30,582 nt of DNA from IMG/VR virus record IMGVR_UViG_3300025626_000085, positions 1-30,582 of that record; one strand, 5' to 3'. The translations under genes were made by a program, and so were the position numbers. Positions 1-7,389 of the stretch are shown here, one piece after another. The notes beneath the pieces were generated by a model. It was not told where the DNA came from and made no database searches. It worked only from the letters and a program-made list of their open reading frames with translations. This stretch comes from a virus. Numbering within the stretch: position 1 is the first letter of the stretch; every line of letters starts with the position of its first letter.

Positions 1-127
1 ATAATTGTATATATAACAAATTTATTAATTATAACAAAACACTAAAATAAATATTTAAATTAAAATACTAAACAACTAAACACTAACTAAAATAATAACT
101 CACAATGACTGAGAACACTATTTAAAT
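1..127. repeat. Left copy of an exact 127-bp terminal direct repeat
   Basis: Bases 1-127 (ataattgtatatataacaaattt...gagaacactatttaaat) are identical to 30456-30582. Confidence 0.95.
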
Positions 128-240
128 CAACTCTAACAAACTTTAATACTTTTTATATATGTTTATATATATTGACTAATTATAATGTCTTAAAACTAAT
201 ATATTCAATTAGCTAGTTTATGAAATAATATAAATCAATA

Positions 241-258
241 ATAAGATAAATATCTTAT
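241..258. repeat. Perfect 8-bp inverted repeat ATAAGATA-aa-TATCTTAT
   Basis: Read directly. The arms at 241-248 and 251-258 are exact reverse complements. Confidence 0.9.
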
Positions 259-268
259 CTTATCTTAT
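251..268. repeat. 5-bp tandem repeat (tatct x3 plus tat)
   Basis: tatcttatcttatcttat, read directly. It overlaps the right arm of the inverted repeat. Confidence 0.9.
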
Positions 269-276
269 AGAACCCC

Positions 277-320
277 ATTTGCTCAGCATTTGCTTAGCAT
301 TTGCTCAGCATTTGCTAATT
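277..320. repeat. 11-bp tandem repeat x4 (iteron-like): atttgctcagc / atttgcttagc / atttgctcagc / atttgctaatt
   Basis: Read directly. The period is 11 bp, about one helical turn. It lies in the only large non-coding region. Confidence 0.9.
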
Positions 321-335
321 TTCTTCCTGTAAAAT

Positions 336-370
336 AAAAAGGGAGTGACGCTCTTTTGCCGACCACTCCC
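336..370 (-). terminator. Rho-independent-type terminator hairpin (second of a tandem pair)
   Basis: The 7-bp GC-rich stem gggagtg (341-347) pairs with cactccc (364-370). An A5 run at 336-340 gives a T-run after the hairpin on the minus strand. Confidence 0.6.
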
Positions 371-440
371 AATTCCCAAAACATAATTTAATAAAACATT
401 GGTCAATTTTAACGTATTGAGTTTGTCATTTATAAATTAA

Positions 441-461
441 GTTATAAATATAATAAAAAAA
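441..461 (-). promoter_or_regulatory. Promoter-like box; minus strand reads TTTTTTTATTATATTTATAAC
   Basis: A 17-nt identity (taaatataataaaaaaa, 445-461) with 10015-10031. TATATTTA is a 7/8 match to the Bacteroidota -7 consensus TAnnTTTG. Confidence 0.3.
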
Positions 462-491
462 GGGGTAACCACCGCTAAGTAGAACCCCTTT
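455..491 (-). terminator. Rho-independent-type terminator downstream of the large terminase gene
   Basis: The stem aaaggggt (459-466) pairs with accccttt (484-491). The A-run on plus gives a T-run after the hairpin on the minus strand. It sits 67 nt past the stop at 558. Confidence 0.65.
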
Positions 492-557
492 AATAATAGA
501 AAAAAATAAAAGTGTCTTAGACGACCACTTTATAATTAATTGTAAAGATAGTAAAAT

Positions 558-1736
558 TTATCTAATTGCATACCATCCTCTATTATTTTCTTTTAAATGT
601 ATTAAAGCAACATACCTCAAAGCATCCATTAAATGGTCTGACCCTATTGGTTTCTGTAGACTATTTCCGTTTTTGTCAGTTGCCCATTTATACATCCTAA
701 ACTCACGTCTAAGATTGCTACTATTAACAACATTGATTTTATAGCGTTTTAGAATGTCTATTCCGTTTAGAATACTGTCTCTTCCTTTTGCAGCTGGTTT
801 AGCATTTAATCCTAGTCTATATAGTTCTTCGATTGACTTAGGTTCTGCACTATCACAAATTAACTCTTCTCTACCAATAATAGGAATTAGCTTTTCTGCT
901 ATGTCATGGTTAGTTAACTCCCTTTCATAGATTAACTCTTTTAAATATAGTTCGTCATCTTTTCGGTAAACTGACAAAGCTGCACAACTATCTATGGAAT
1001 AGCCAAAATCTAAGCCATGTGCTACTAACTTACAATCTGGCATACTATCCACATACTTGATATTCTCGTATATTAAACCACTTATATTTCCATATTTACC
1101 AAGACCATATATTTTCCAAAACTCTTTGTCTGTTTGTTTTAAATACTCTATTTCTTTAATTAGTGATTTAGGTAGAAACGCATTGTTTTTGTAGTTACTT
1201 ACTATTACCTCAACGTCTCCGACTTCCTTAGAACGCTTTATTTCAAGCTCCTGGTTAATCCATATTTGCTCATCGTCTGGGTTAAAGTCTAAGAATATTT
1301 TATTCTCGGTCCTCATTAGTAACTGGAAAAACTCTTGTTTGTATTCTAACTCATTAGCTTCATTACAATATAATATATTTCTTTTAGCACCTCTTAGTTT
1401 TTGTTCGTCATCTGCACCAATAAACTCGACTAACCTTTTGCCATATCTATACTGCTTTTTAGTTTTATTATGGTCTATTCCAGAATACCAACCCTCAGCC
1501 TTTAGAATGTCCTCAAAGTCTCTAATTACTGTTCCATCTAAATTAGTTCTATATTTTCTTACTGTGGTCCATACGCCTTCATGACAGTGCTTATTAGACC
1601 CATAGTTACCACTAATTAACCACAATGCACACAATTGGTTTAAAGACCAAGTTTTAGAACTTCTAGTCCCTCCTCTATTTATTACGATTTTAGATTGACT
1701 GTCATAATTACGCTCGAATATTTCAGTCGCTTCCAC
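558..1736 (-). CDS. terL: Terminase large subunit
   Basis: 392 aa. Walker A-like GGTRSSKT at aa 22-29. Nuclease-domain acidic motifs HGLDFGYS, CDSAEP and SDHLMDALRY are typical of PBSX-type TerL. GTG start overlaps the terS stop. Confidence 0.9.
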   Translation of the reverse strand: MEATEIFERNYDSQSKIVINRGGTRSSKTWSLNQLCALWLISGNYGSNKHCHEGVWTTVRKYRTNLDGTVIRDFEDILKAEGWYSGIDHNKTKKQYRYGKRLVEFIGADDEQKLRGAKRNILYCNEANELEYKQEFFQLLMRTENKIFLDFNPDDEQIWINQELEIKRSKEVGDVEVIVSNYKNNAFLPKSLIKEIEYLKQTDKEFWKIYGLGKYGNISGLIYENIKYVDSMPDCKLVAHGLDFGYSIDSCAALSVYRKDDELYLKELIYERELTNHDIAEKLIPIIGREELICDSAEPKSIEELYRLGLNAKPAAKGRDSILNGIDILKRYKINVVNSSNLRREFRMYKWATDKNGNSLQKPIGSDHLMDALRYVALIHLKENNRGWYAIR

Positions 1737-2193
1737 GCTTAATATTAATGTTTATATTATTGACTGTAGACTCAATTTCCTGTTTGTCTGGTGCATTTAG
1801 TCCAAACATCTTAGCAATAGAATCATAAGCACCCCTATAGTCAGAACCCTTAACCATTTCTTTAAGTAAATAGAATTTAGCTTTCTGCTCTTTTGTGAGA
1901 TTTTCTTTTGCTGCTAAGTCCATTAAATACTCCCAAGATTTAATCATCTTAAAGTAACCGTCAGCTACTTCCTTACGTGTTATTTGAAAGGCTTCTGCTT
2001 CTTTTGTTTGCAACTCTTTGACCCTTACCGATATATTACCATTTTTAAGAAGTTCACTAGCCTTAACTGCTATAACCTCATTAGACGTAGTTTCTGCAAC
2101 ATCATAAGCACGTCTATAAGCCTCTGACGCATTGCCAGTGTTGACATACTCCTCAGCGAATTTGCTTTGTTTAGGTGTTAGCTTATTAGACAT
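1723..2193 (-). CDS. terS: Terminase small subunit
   Basis: The N-terminus LTPKQSKFAEEYVNTGNASEAYRRAY matches the HTH signature of P27/Terminase_2-type small subunits. It lies directly upstream of terL. Confidence 0.85.
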   Translation of the reverse strand: MSNKLTPKQSKFAEEYVNTGNASEAYRRAYDVAETTSNEVIAVKASELLKNGNISVRVKELQTKEAEAFQITRKEVADGYFKMIKSWEYLMDLAAKENLTKEQKAKFYLLKEMVKGSDYRGAYDSIAKMFGLNAPDKQEIESTVNNININIKRGSD

Positions 2194-2452
2194 TCTGTTT
2201 TCTTAGTTGTACTTTTAACAATATTAGATAACCTATTAAGTCTGTGACTGTGTCTTCTGTGTTGTCGTTTATACCTTTGTTTTTAATTCTAGATAGTTTG
2301 TCATCTATTCTAGCATTTATAGCCTCTATTGAATCTAGTTTACTAAATATAGCTATAGGGTTGTTAGCAGTGTCTCCATAGTCTGCATTCTTTTTTAATA
2401 GTAGTTCTGTAACTTCCTCACCTATTTTTTTTATTAAGTATTCTGTTTTCAT
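2186..2452 (-). CDS. Small all-alpha MazG-like / DUF1599-like protein (possible NTP pyrophosphohydrolase)
   Basis: 88 aa. It has EEVTE...KNADYG...EDTVTD, the EExxE / KxxDYG / ExxxD pattern I associate with DUF1599 and MazG-like proteins. Confidence 0.45.
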   Translation of the reverse strand: MKTEYLIKKIGEEVTELLLKKNADYGDTANNPIAIFSKLDSIEAINARIDDKLSRIKNKGINDNTEDTVTDLIGYLILLKVQLRKQNV

Positions 2453-2604
2453 AGTTTCTCGCTATTCTCTATAACTTGTTTTATAAATGAGTCAGGAAGT
2501 CTCCTCCATTTTCTTCTAGCTTCCATAAACCTAATAAAGTAATTTACTGCTTTACTACCAAACTTAGCCTTTTGTTCTTTTATTTCTTTAGGTGTTAGTT
2601 TCAT
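2449..2604 (-). CDS. Small hypothetical protein (51 aa, basic)
   Basis: Hand translation: MKLTPKEIKEQKAKFGSKAVNYFIRFMEARRKWRRLPDSFIKQVIENSEKL. ATGA overlaps at both ends fill an otherwise empty gap. Confidence 0.5.
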   Translation of the reverse strand: MKLTPKEIKEQKAKFGSKAVNYFIRFMEARRKWRRLPDSFIKQVIENSEKL

Positions 2605-2744
2605 TTAAACTCTACTAAGTCCTCAATATTAACTTTAAATTGTTTATAATTACCTTCCTCAGTATGGCTAACTATTGCCAACTTACTATCTAGTGATTTT
2701 ATATAAACTCTTTTATTATTATATGTTAATCTTCTTTTTAACAT
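2601..2744 (-). CDS. Small hypothetical protein (47 aa)
   Basis: Hand translation: MLKRRLTYNNKRVYIKSLDSKLAIVSHTEEGNYKQFKVNIEDLVEFK. ATGA overlap with the next ORF. Confidence 0.45.
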   Translation of the reverse strand: MLKRRLTYNNKRVYIKSLDSKLAIVSHTEEGNYKQFKVNIEDLVEFK

Positions 2745-2751
2745 TTTCTCT

Positions 2752-2973
2752 TTAAAAGTCTTCTTCGTCATCCAATCCATTTTCTTCGTGTATATATGCT
2801 AATTCTAATATTCTATAATCTGTTTCAAAATCAAAAGTTGTAGAGGCCACTCCATTAATGTCAAAACACTCGTATATTTCTCCATTCATTTCTGAGTAAA
2901 AATATAGTCCCTCGTCATCTATATAATAACCATAGCTAAAATCACTTTTTAGTAGGTCTCTTTCGTCTAACAT
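2752..2973 (-). CDS. Highly acidic small protein (73 aa; 22 Asp/Glu, 3 Lys/Arg)
   Basis: ORF with an ATG start. Composition counted from the translation. No recognisable motif. Confidence 0.6.
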   Translation of the reverse strand: MLDERDLLKSDFSYGYYIDDEGLYFYSEMNGEIYECFDINGVASTTFDFETDYRILELAYIHEENGLDDEEDF

Positions 2974-3202
2974 TCTTTTTCTTTTTTACTTGTTTAACTT
3001 CCTTAGCTTCTTTTTCAGTAAGCCAATTAAATAAGATTTGCATTTGAGATTTTACACAACTATTGCAAGCCCAACTCACTTTCATGTCTGGATGTAATTC
3101 TTTTAGTATTGGTTCTAAGTTGTTTCTTAAAAAGGATATGTCTACAGAGCCAGGAAAGGCACTTGTTTTATTATATAGTTTAATAGTTTCTTCTATTGTC
3201 AT
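2942..3202 (-). CDS. Hypothetical protein with a Lys/Arg-rich C-terminal tail
   Basis: 86 aa, ATG start. C-terminus is KQVKKKKNVRRKRPTKK. Contains CNSC. Confidence 0.6.
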   Translation of the reverse strand: MTIEETIKLYNKTSAFPGSVDISFLRNNLEPILKELHPDMKVSWACNSCVKSQMQILFNWLTEKEAKEVKQVKKKKNVRRKRPTKK

Positions 3203-3414
3203 AGTAATCGTCTTTCAATTATACGTAAAATTAACGGTGTTATTAATATTATTGGGTTTAAAGTTATTAAAAAATAAATTAATGATAGCCAGAAGGTAAT
3301 ACAGAAACTACAATTAAAAGGCTTATAGTCCCATTTATCAATCAAAGGTCTAGCATAGTCTACCCATGTTGTAGCTATGGTTATTATTAATAATATACTA
3401 ACTATAGAATTCAT
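3199..3414 (-). CDS. Small membrane protein (two predicted TM helices)
   Basis: 71 aa. Hydrophobic N-terminal stretch SIVSILLIITIATTWV. The PFNCSFCITFWLSLIYFLI motif resembles DUF1360-type phage membrane proteins. Confidence 0.55.
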   Translation of the reverse strand: MNSIVSILLIITIATTWVDYARPLIDKWDYKPFNCSFCITFWLSLIYFLITLNPIILITPLILRIIERRLL

Positions 3415-3886
3415 TTAATGTCCATTTTTGTTTTATCTTGTTTGCTAATTCTTTAAACTTATATTGTATTGTATTACGGTGAATGTCGCTTTTCTCAGCT
3501 AGACAGTTTCTATTACCACTACAAATCAATAATTGTTCCATCATTATTTTATCTAAACCATCTAAAGAGTCAATAAGGTCTTTTAATACCTCATCTTTAA
3601 AACAACTATTAGAGTAGGTTTCTATGTCCTCTATACTACTAAATTGACTAGGTAAATAGTATTTGGTTCTGTATTGTCCACGCTCACTAATTATTTGATA
3701 GAGGCAAAGTTTATAAACATATTTCTTAATGCTGTTTTCTTTGTCTAATTGAATGATAAAATCTTCACCCTTGTTAAGTAGAATCATAAAAATGTCTTGT
3801 TTAAAGTCCTCTAACTCTACGACATTGTATTCTCTACCAATCCAAAATATAAAGTTTTCTATTTTCTTAATTAGCTTTTTGTCCAT
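3398..3886 (-). CDS. ECF-like sigma-70 family factor (putative late transcription regulator)
   Basis: 162 aa. Region-2-like EDFKQDIFMILL...KKYVYKLCLYQIISERG. C-terminal region-4-like HTH LAEKSDIHRNTIQYKFKELANKIK preceded by LDGLDKIMMEQLL. Confidence 0.5.
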   Translation of the reverse strand: MDKKLIKKIENFIFWIGREYNVVELEDFKQDIFMILLNKGEDFIIQLDKENSIKKYVYKLCLYQIISERGQYRTKYYLPSQFSSIEDIETYSNSCFKDEVLKDLIDSLDGLDKIMMEQLLICSGNRNCLAEKSDIHRNTIQYKFKELANKIKQKWTLNEFYS

Positions 3887-4230
3887 TAATATTCTTTTGT
3901 TACGTTGTACATTTCAGACTTAAGAAAACTTATGTTGGTCCTCATTGCATCTATTACTCTATAGCCAGACTCTAACAATCTTCTAAGTTTATACATCTCA
4001 GGAACTTCTACATTAGCCTCATTAGTAGCTCTAGCTACAGAAAATCCTTCTTTAACTCTATCGTGTATAACCTTTTCATAGTTTTGATGTGCTTCTGTTC
4101 TAATAGTTTCTATATAGTATAGATAGGCTGTCAATTCTTTTAGTTGTTTATTTAAGCTGTTACCATCAAATACGTCAGTTTGTTTGTATTCTTTGATTAT
4201 TTCAGCTATCTTTTTTAGTGTTGATTTCAT
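3886..4230 (-). CDS. Hypothetical helical protein
   Basis: 114 aa, ATG start, TAATG overlap with the upstream gene. No motif recognised. Confidence 0.65.
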   Translation of the reverse strand: MKSTLKKIAEIIKEYKQTDVFDGNSLNKQLKELTAYLYYIETIRTEAHQNYEKVIHDRVKEGFSVARATNEANVEVPEMYKLRRLLESGYRVIDAMRTNISFLKSEMYNVTKEY

Positions 4231-4570
4231 CTTGTAGTTGTTGTATGGTTAATAATAAATTCATAAAGTCCTCAAATTCTAAACAGGCATAGTCATTCTC
4301 AAAGTTTTTAGTAAACACTACAACAGGAGTTTTTCCCATTGGTCTGTCACTTCTAGCCTGTTCTAAGGCTTTCCAGATGTTTAGTTTTTCTTGGTTCTTA
4401 CATTCCCAATGATAGTCAAATAAAACAGAGTCTGGATTAATGTCTATAATGTCTCCTTTAATACTCATTCCGCCACTCATAGGAGTACGTCTTACATTAG
4501 TATTAAACTTTTTATTTAGTTGTTTAGCCACGTCTCTTTCAAAACGTTTGCCTTTTTGGTTAGCATTCAT
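4202..4570 (-). CDS. PD-(D/E)XK nuclease, Holliday-junction-resolvase-like
   Basis: 122 aa. N-terminal KGKRFERDVAKQL, then GDIIDI and WECK (the D...ExK catalytic pattern), as in Hjc-type resolvases. Confidence 0.55.
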   Translation of the reverse strand: MNANQKGKRFERDVAKQLNKKFNTNVRRTPMSGGMSIKGDIIDINPDSVLFDYHWECKNQEKLNIWKALEQARSDRPMGKTPVVVFTKNFENDYACLEFEDFMNLLLTIQQLQDEINTKKDS

Positions 4571-4725
4571 AATTTTTGAAAATGTTTTCTAATAATTTTT
4601 CCTAAATCAGCGTCATTAGGATATATCCTACAGAGTAAATTAATACTACCGTTAGTGTTATTATAAGGATGGCTATAGTCTGCGTCCTTTGTTTGTCTGT
4701 ATTCATTTAAAGTTCTTTTCTTCAT
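4567..4725 (-). CDS. Small hypothetical protein (52 aa)
   Basis: Hand translation: MKKRTLNEYRQTKDADYSHPYNNTNGSINLLCRIYPNDADLGKIIRKHFQKL. ATGA overlap with the nuclease gene. Confidence 0.45.
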   Translation of the reverse strand: MKKRTLNEYRQTKDADYSHPYNNTNGSINLLCRIYPNDADLGKIIRKHFQKL

Positions 4726-4822
4726 TTTTATTATTATACTTTTGAATTAATAAAGTAAAAACACAACCACATAAAAAAACTGTAACGTGTGATGCTAATA
4801 TAAGAAAATAAATTTTATCCAT
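4703..4822 (-). CDS. Small single-TM peptide (39 aa)
   Basis: Hand translation: MDKIYFLILASHVTVFLCGCVFTLLIQKYNNKNEEKNFK. The ATG is embedded in the ATGGATAA overlap with the upstream stop. Confidence 0.35.
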   Translation of the reverse strand: MDKIYFLILASHVTVFLCGCVFTLLIQKYNNKNEEKNFK

Positions 4823-5114
4823 TTTTGTCTGATTCTAATTCTGCTTTTTTTAAATTGTGTTTATAGGTAGAAAAATCTGCTTTTAATATAGCATTTTCTT
4901 TGTAAGCTACAGCATTTTCATATTTAAGTTTAGCTATGTCTTTATAGTTTTGTCTAATTTCGTGCTGTAAATCGTGGATGAGTTCTAGTATATCCATTAA
5001 AACTTCTAGTCCTTCCTGTTTTACTTTATTGTTAGTCTTTTCTACCTCAGCACTAGCTTTAATAATCATTATATCTAGCTTATTTTTTCTTAACATTATG
5101 TCTAATTCATCCAT
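4815..5114 (-). CDS. Coiled-coil hypothetical protein
   Basis: 99 aa, ATG start, heptad-like charged sequence. Confidence 0.6.
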   Translation of the reverse strand: MDELDIMLRKNKLDIMIIKASAEVEKTNNKVKQEGLEVLMDILELIHDLQHEIRQNYKDIAKLKYENAVAYKENAILKADFSTYKHNLKKAELESDKNG

Positions 5115-5979
5115 TCTGTATGTGTTTTAAAGGATTATTACCTCCAATTGTATAATAACCATTGTAAAAATTAAATCTTAAAGGTTCATCTAGTGTAGTA
5201 AGTTCCCCACCAGTCATAACATTTTTAACCTTTTGAACATGTAGTTCTGTCATTGTTTTAAACTCTGGGTGGTTGCCCATTCTATGAATAGCATATACAT
5301 CGTCAGCCCTATTAATAAATCCCATTCCACCCTCAATATCACTAGACTTGGGAGGTTGAACATAACCCTCTAAAGTATGACCAGGCTTGTAGACTCTTCT
5401 GGCTGCTTCGCTTATTGGGTGTGTATTAATATAAACTGTCTTTCCAGTCTTATTACAAAACTCTCTAATATTATTGCAGAATAAATAGTTTCTGTCAAAC
5501 TGTCCTAGCTTGCCTCCTCTTTCTATATTTAAGCCAGTGTAAGGGTCTATTAAACATCCGTCTACATCTTCTTTAGCAAATATATTTAAAAGGTCTGAGG
5601 CTGTATATAGCTTTCTATTATCTACAAATTTAAAGTAAGTGTCAATAACTTCTATTTGTTTTTTAATTTCTGACTCAGTTAAGTCCTCAACTTTTTGTCC
5701 TGTTAGCATTTGAATCATGCTAATTTTTAATAGTTCTGGAGAGTTTTCTCCACTCCAAACACACCATTTTAAATTGTTATTCATAGAGTGGCATAGTAAA
5801 TACCATATAAAAAAATATGTTTTACCGACATTAGGAAATCCAGAAACGACTACCATTTGACTAGGTTTAAATCTTACAAACTTGTCAGTAATTGGACAGC
5901 CTATTCCTAAACCTTTTTTAATCTCTCCGTTTTTGTATTTAATAGCGTAGTCTAGTCCGTAGCCTTTATTTAGTATCAT
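5107..5979 (-). CDS. DnaB-like (RecA-fold) replicative helicase, C-terminal ATPase domain only
   Basis: 290 aa. Walker A SGFPNVGKT, Walker B-like GCLIDPY, and overall DnaB-C-like organisation. Confidence 0.7.
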   Translation of the reverse strand: MILNKGYGLDYAIKYKNGEIKKGLGIGCPITDKFVRFKPSQMVVVSGFPNVGKTYFFIWYLLCHSMNNNLKWCVWSGENSPELLKISMIQMLTGQKVEDLTESEIKKQIEVIDTYFKFVDNRKLYTASDLLNIFAKEDVDGCLIDPYTGLNIERGGKLGQFDRNYLFCNNIREFCNKTGKTVYINTHPISEAARRVYKPGHTLEGYVQPPKSSDIEGGMGFINRADDVYAIHRMGNHPEFKTMTELHVQKVKNVMTGGELTTLDEPLRFNFYNGYYTIGGNNPLKHIQNG

Positions 5980-6355
5980 TGATTGTGCTTAAAAATTTCT
6001 TTAATGAATCTGAGTTTTTGTGTATAGGGTCACTAAATGTAGTTTTTTTCTTTGACTTTTTAGCAGCCTCGACTCGTTTTAAATATTGTTCTTTTCTTTC
6101 TTGGTATTGTGTGTCTAAAAATTTTATATTAATTTGGTTGTCCTTTTTTTCAATCATTCCCTCATCAATTAAAACGTCTAAATAATCTTGACCGATTCGT
6201 CTAGCCATTTTAATATAAGTCATTGAACAATCTTTATTCCAGTAGTGAAAACAGGCATCTATAAAAGACCCTTTTTCCTCTTTAGATAAATACATTATGT
6301 CACCTCCTAGCCATTGACTAGGATAGGCTTTAAACCAGGGTAGTTCTTCGCTCAT
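5966..6355 (-). CDS. DUF1376-like protein (putative replication initiation/organiser partner of the helicase)
   Basis: 129 aa. The N-terminus LPWFKAYPSQWLGGDIMYLSKEEKGSFIDACFHYW resembles the DUF1376 signature. It lies directly upstream of the helicase. Confidence 0.55.
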   Translation of the reverse strand: MSEELPWFKAYPSQWLGGDIMYLSKEEKGSFIDACFHYWNKDCSMTYIKMARRIGQDYLDVLIDEGMIEKKDNQINIKFLDTQYQERKEQYLKRVEAAKKSKKKTTFSDPIHKNSDSLKKFLSTINDTK

Positions 6356-6752
6356 TGTTTGTGTTAAATTGTAGTTTGTTGCAGTTAAAATGTTTTCCTA
6401 AGTTGTTTAATTGGTCAACTAAATTAATATTTTTATTATGCCATTTACTATTATAATAAATTTTAGTGACTCTACAACTGTCTAAAGGTATTGCTTCATT
6501 TTCTACATTAAAGTCGTGTTCTACTTTTAAAACTACTGACTTTTTTGTGTGCCATGAATTGCAAATCCTTTCTAAAACCAACCTTTGTCCTGTTGGTATT
6601 TCAGCATTTTTATATTTTAATTCAATTAATATTAAAACATCATTGTCAAACTCTAAGACAGCGTCTATGTCAGTAGGATGTATTAAACCATTTTGTAAAC
6701 CAGTAAAGTCTACGACTTGTTTAATTTGTTTATGGTTATTAATTAATTTCAA
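6330..6752 (-). CDS. Hypothetical protein, possible PD-(D/E)XK fold
   Basis: 140 aa. TTG start (no in-frame ATG). DIDAVLEF...LILIELK gives a weak D...ExK pattern. Confidence 0.5.
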   Translation of the reverse strand: MKLINNHKQIKQVVDFTGLQNGLIHPTDIDAVLEFDNDVLILIELKYKNAEIPTGQRLVLERICNSWHTKKSVVLKVEHDFNVENEAIPLDSCRVTKIYYNSKWHNKNINLVDQLNNLGKHFNCNKLQFNTNNERRTTLV

Positions 6753-7056
6753 AATATGCTTTGTTTTTTTGTTCGTATTTATAGAATGCTAATAGTTCAT
6801 TTTCATTTAATGACTCCTCAGTATATAACCTTTCGGAAGTAGAAGACACTGTCTTAATGTCCTCTACTTCTTTTTTAGGTTGTTTGTAGTCAATATATTT
6901 AAAATCCTTTTTCTGAATTTCAAAGGCTTGTACTAAACTAATATAAGTTATTTTATATTTTTTAGCTATTTCAGGCATTGTCATTCCGTTCATCAACATA
7001 TTTTGTACATCCAACGAACTCAAACCCAATGCTTTCAAGACTCTTGACTCTTTCAT
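6739..7056 (-). CDS. HTH DNA-binding protein
   Basis: 105 aa. Helix-turn-helix-like MTMPEIAKKYKITYISLVQAF near the N-terminus. Confidence 0.5.
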   Translation of the reverse strand: MKESRVLKALGLSSLDVQNMLMNGMTMPEIAKKYKITYISLVQAFEIQKKDFKYIDYKQPKKEVEDIKTVSSTSERLYTEESLNENELLAFYKYEQKNKAYFEIN

Positions 7057-7061
7057 ATAAC

Positions 7062-7388
7062 TTAAAAGGGTAAGTCATCAGAACTATTAGAAACTTCTGC
7101 CACTGGCTTAGCCTCTTTTTGTTCTTCTGGGTTGTACGTGTTAACACTTAAAGACACATCTTTTCCATATTGGTCAGTCTGGTCCTTTAAGTTTACATTT
7201 AATTTAAGGTACTTGTTTCCTTTATAATCAAAAACATGTTCTTTTACTTTGTCTATATGAACAGTAACAGTCATCCAGTTATCATTCATTTTTTTACCGC
7301 CTCCGCAGTAGATTGTTGGTTTTTTATCCATTGTTATTTTATTTGTTTGTTTTAAATCTGGCATCCATTGCCATTCTTTTTTTATCAT
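7062..7388 (-). CDS. Small ssDNA-binding-like protein with an SSB-type acidic tail
   Basis: 108 aa. The C-terminus ...SNSSDDLPF mimics the bacterial SSB DDDIPF tip. It sits next to the exonuclease/annealase pair. Confidence 0.55.
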   Translation of the reverse strand: MIKKEWQWMPDLKQTNKITMDKKPTIYCGGGKKMNDNWMTVTVHIDKVKEHVFDYKGNKYLKLNVNLKDQTDQYGKDVSLSVNTYNPEEQKEAKPVAEVSNSSDDLPF

Positions 7389-7389
7389 T

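Noticed and set aside
277-320. CRISPR-like array
   Set aside because: The repeats are only 11 bp, directly abutting with no spacers, and no cas genes are present. An iteron or binding-site array is a better fit.
128-557. tRNA or other structured RNA gene in the long non-coding region
   Set aside because: I could not draw a cloverleaf with acceptor, anticodon and T arms. The two GC-rich hairpins are simple stem-loops followed by T-runs on the minus strand, so they are terminators.
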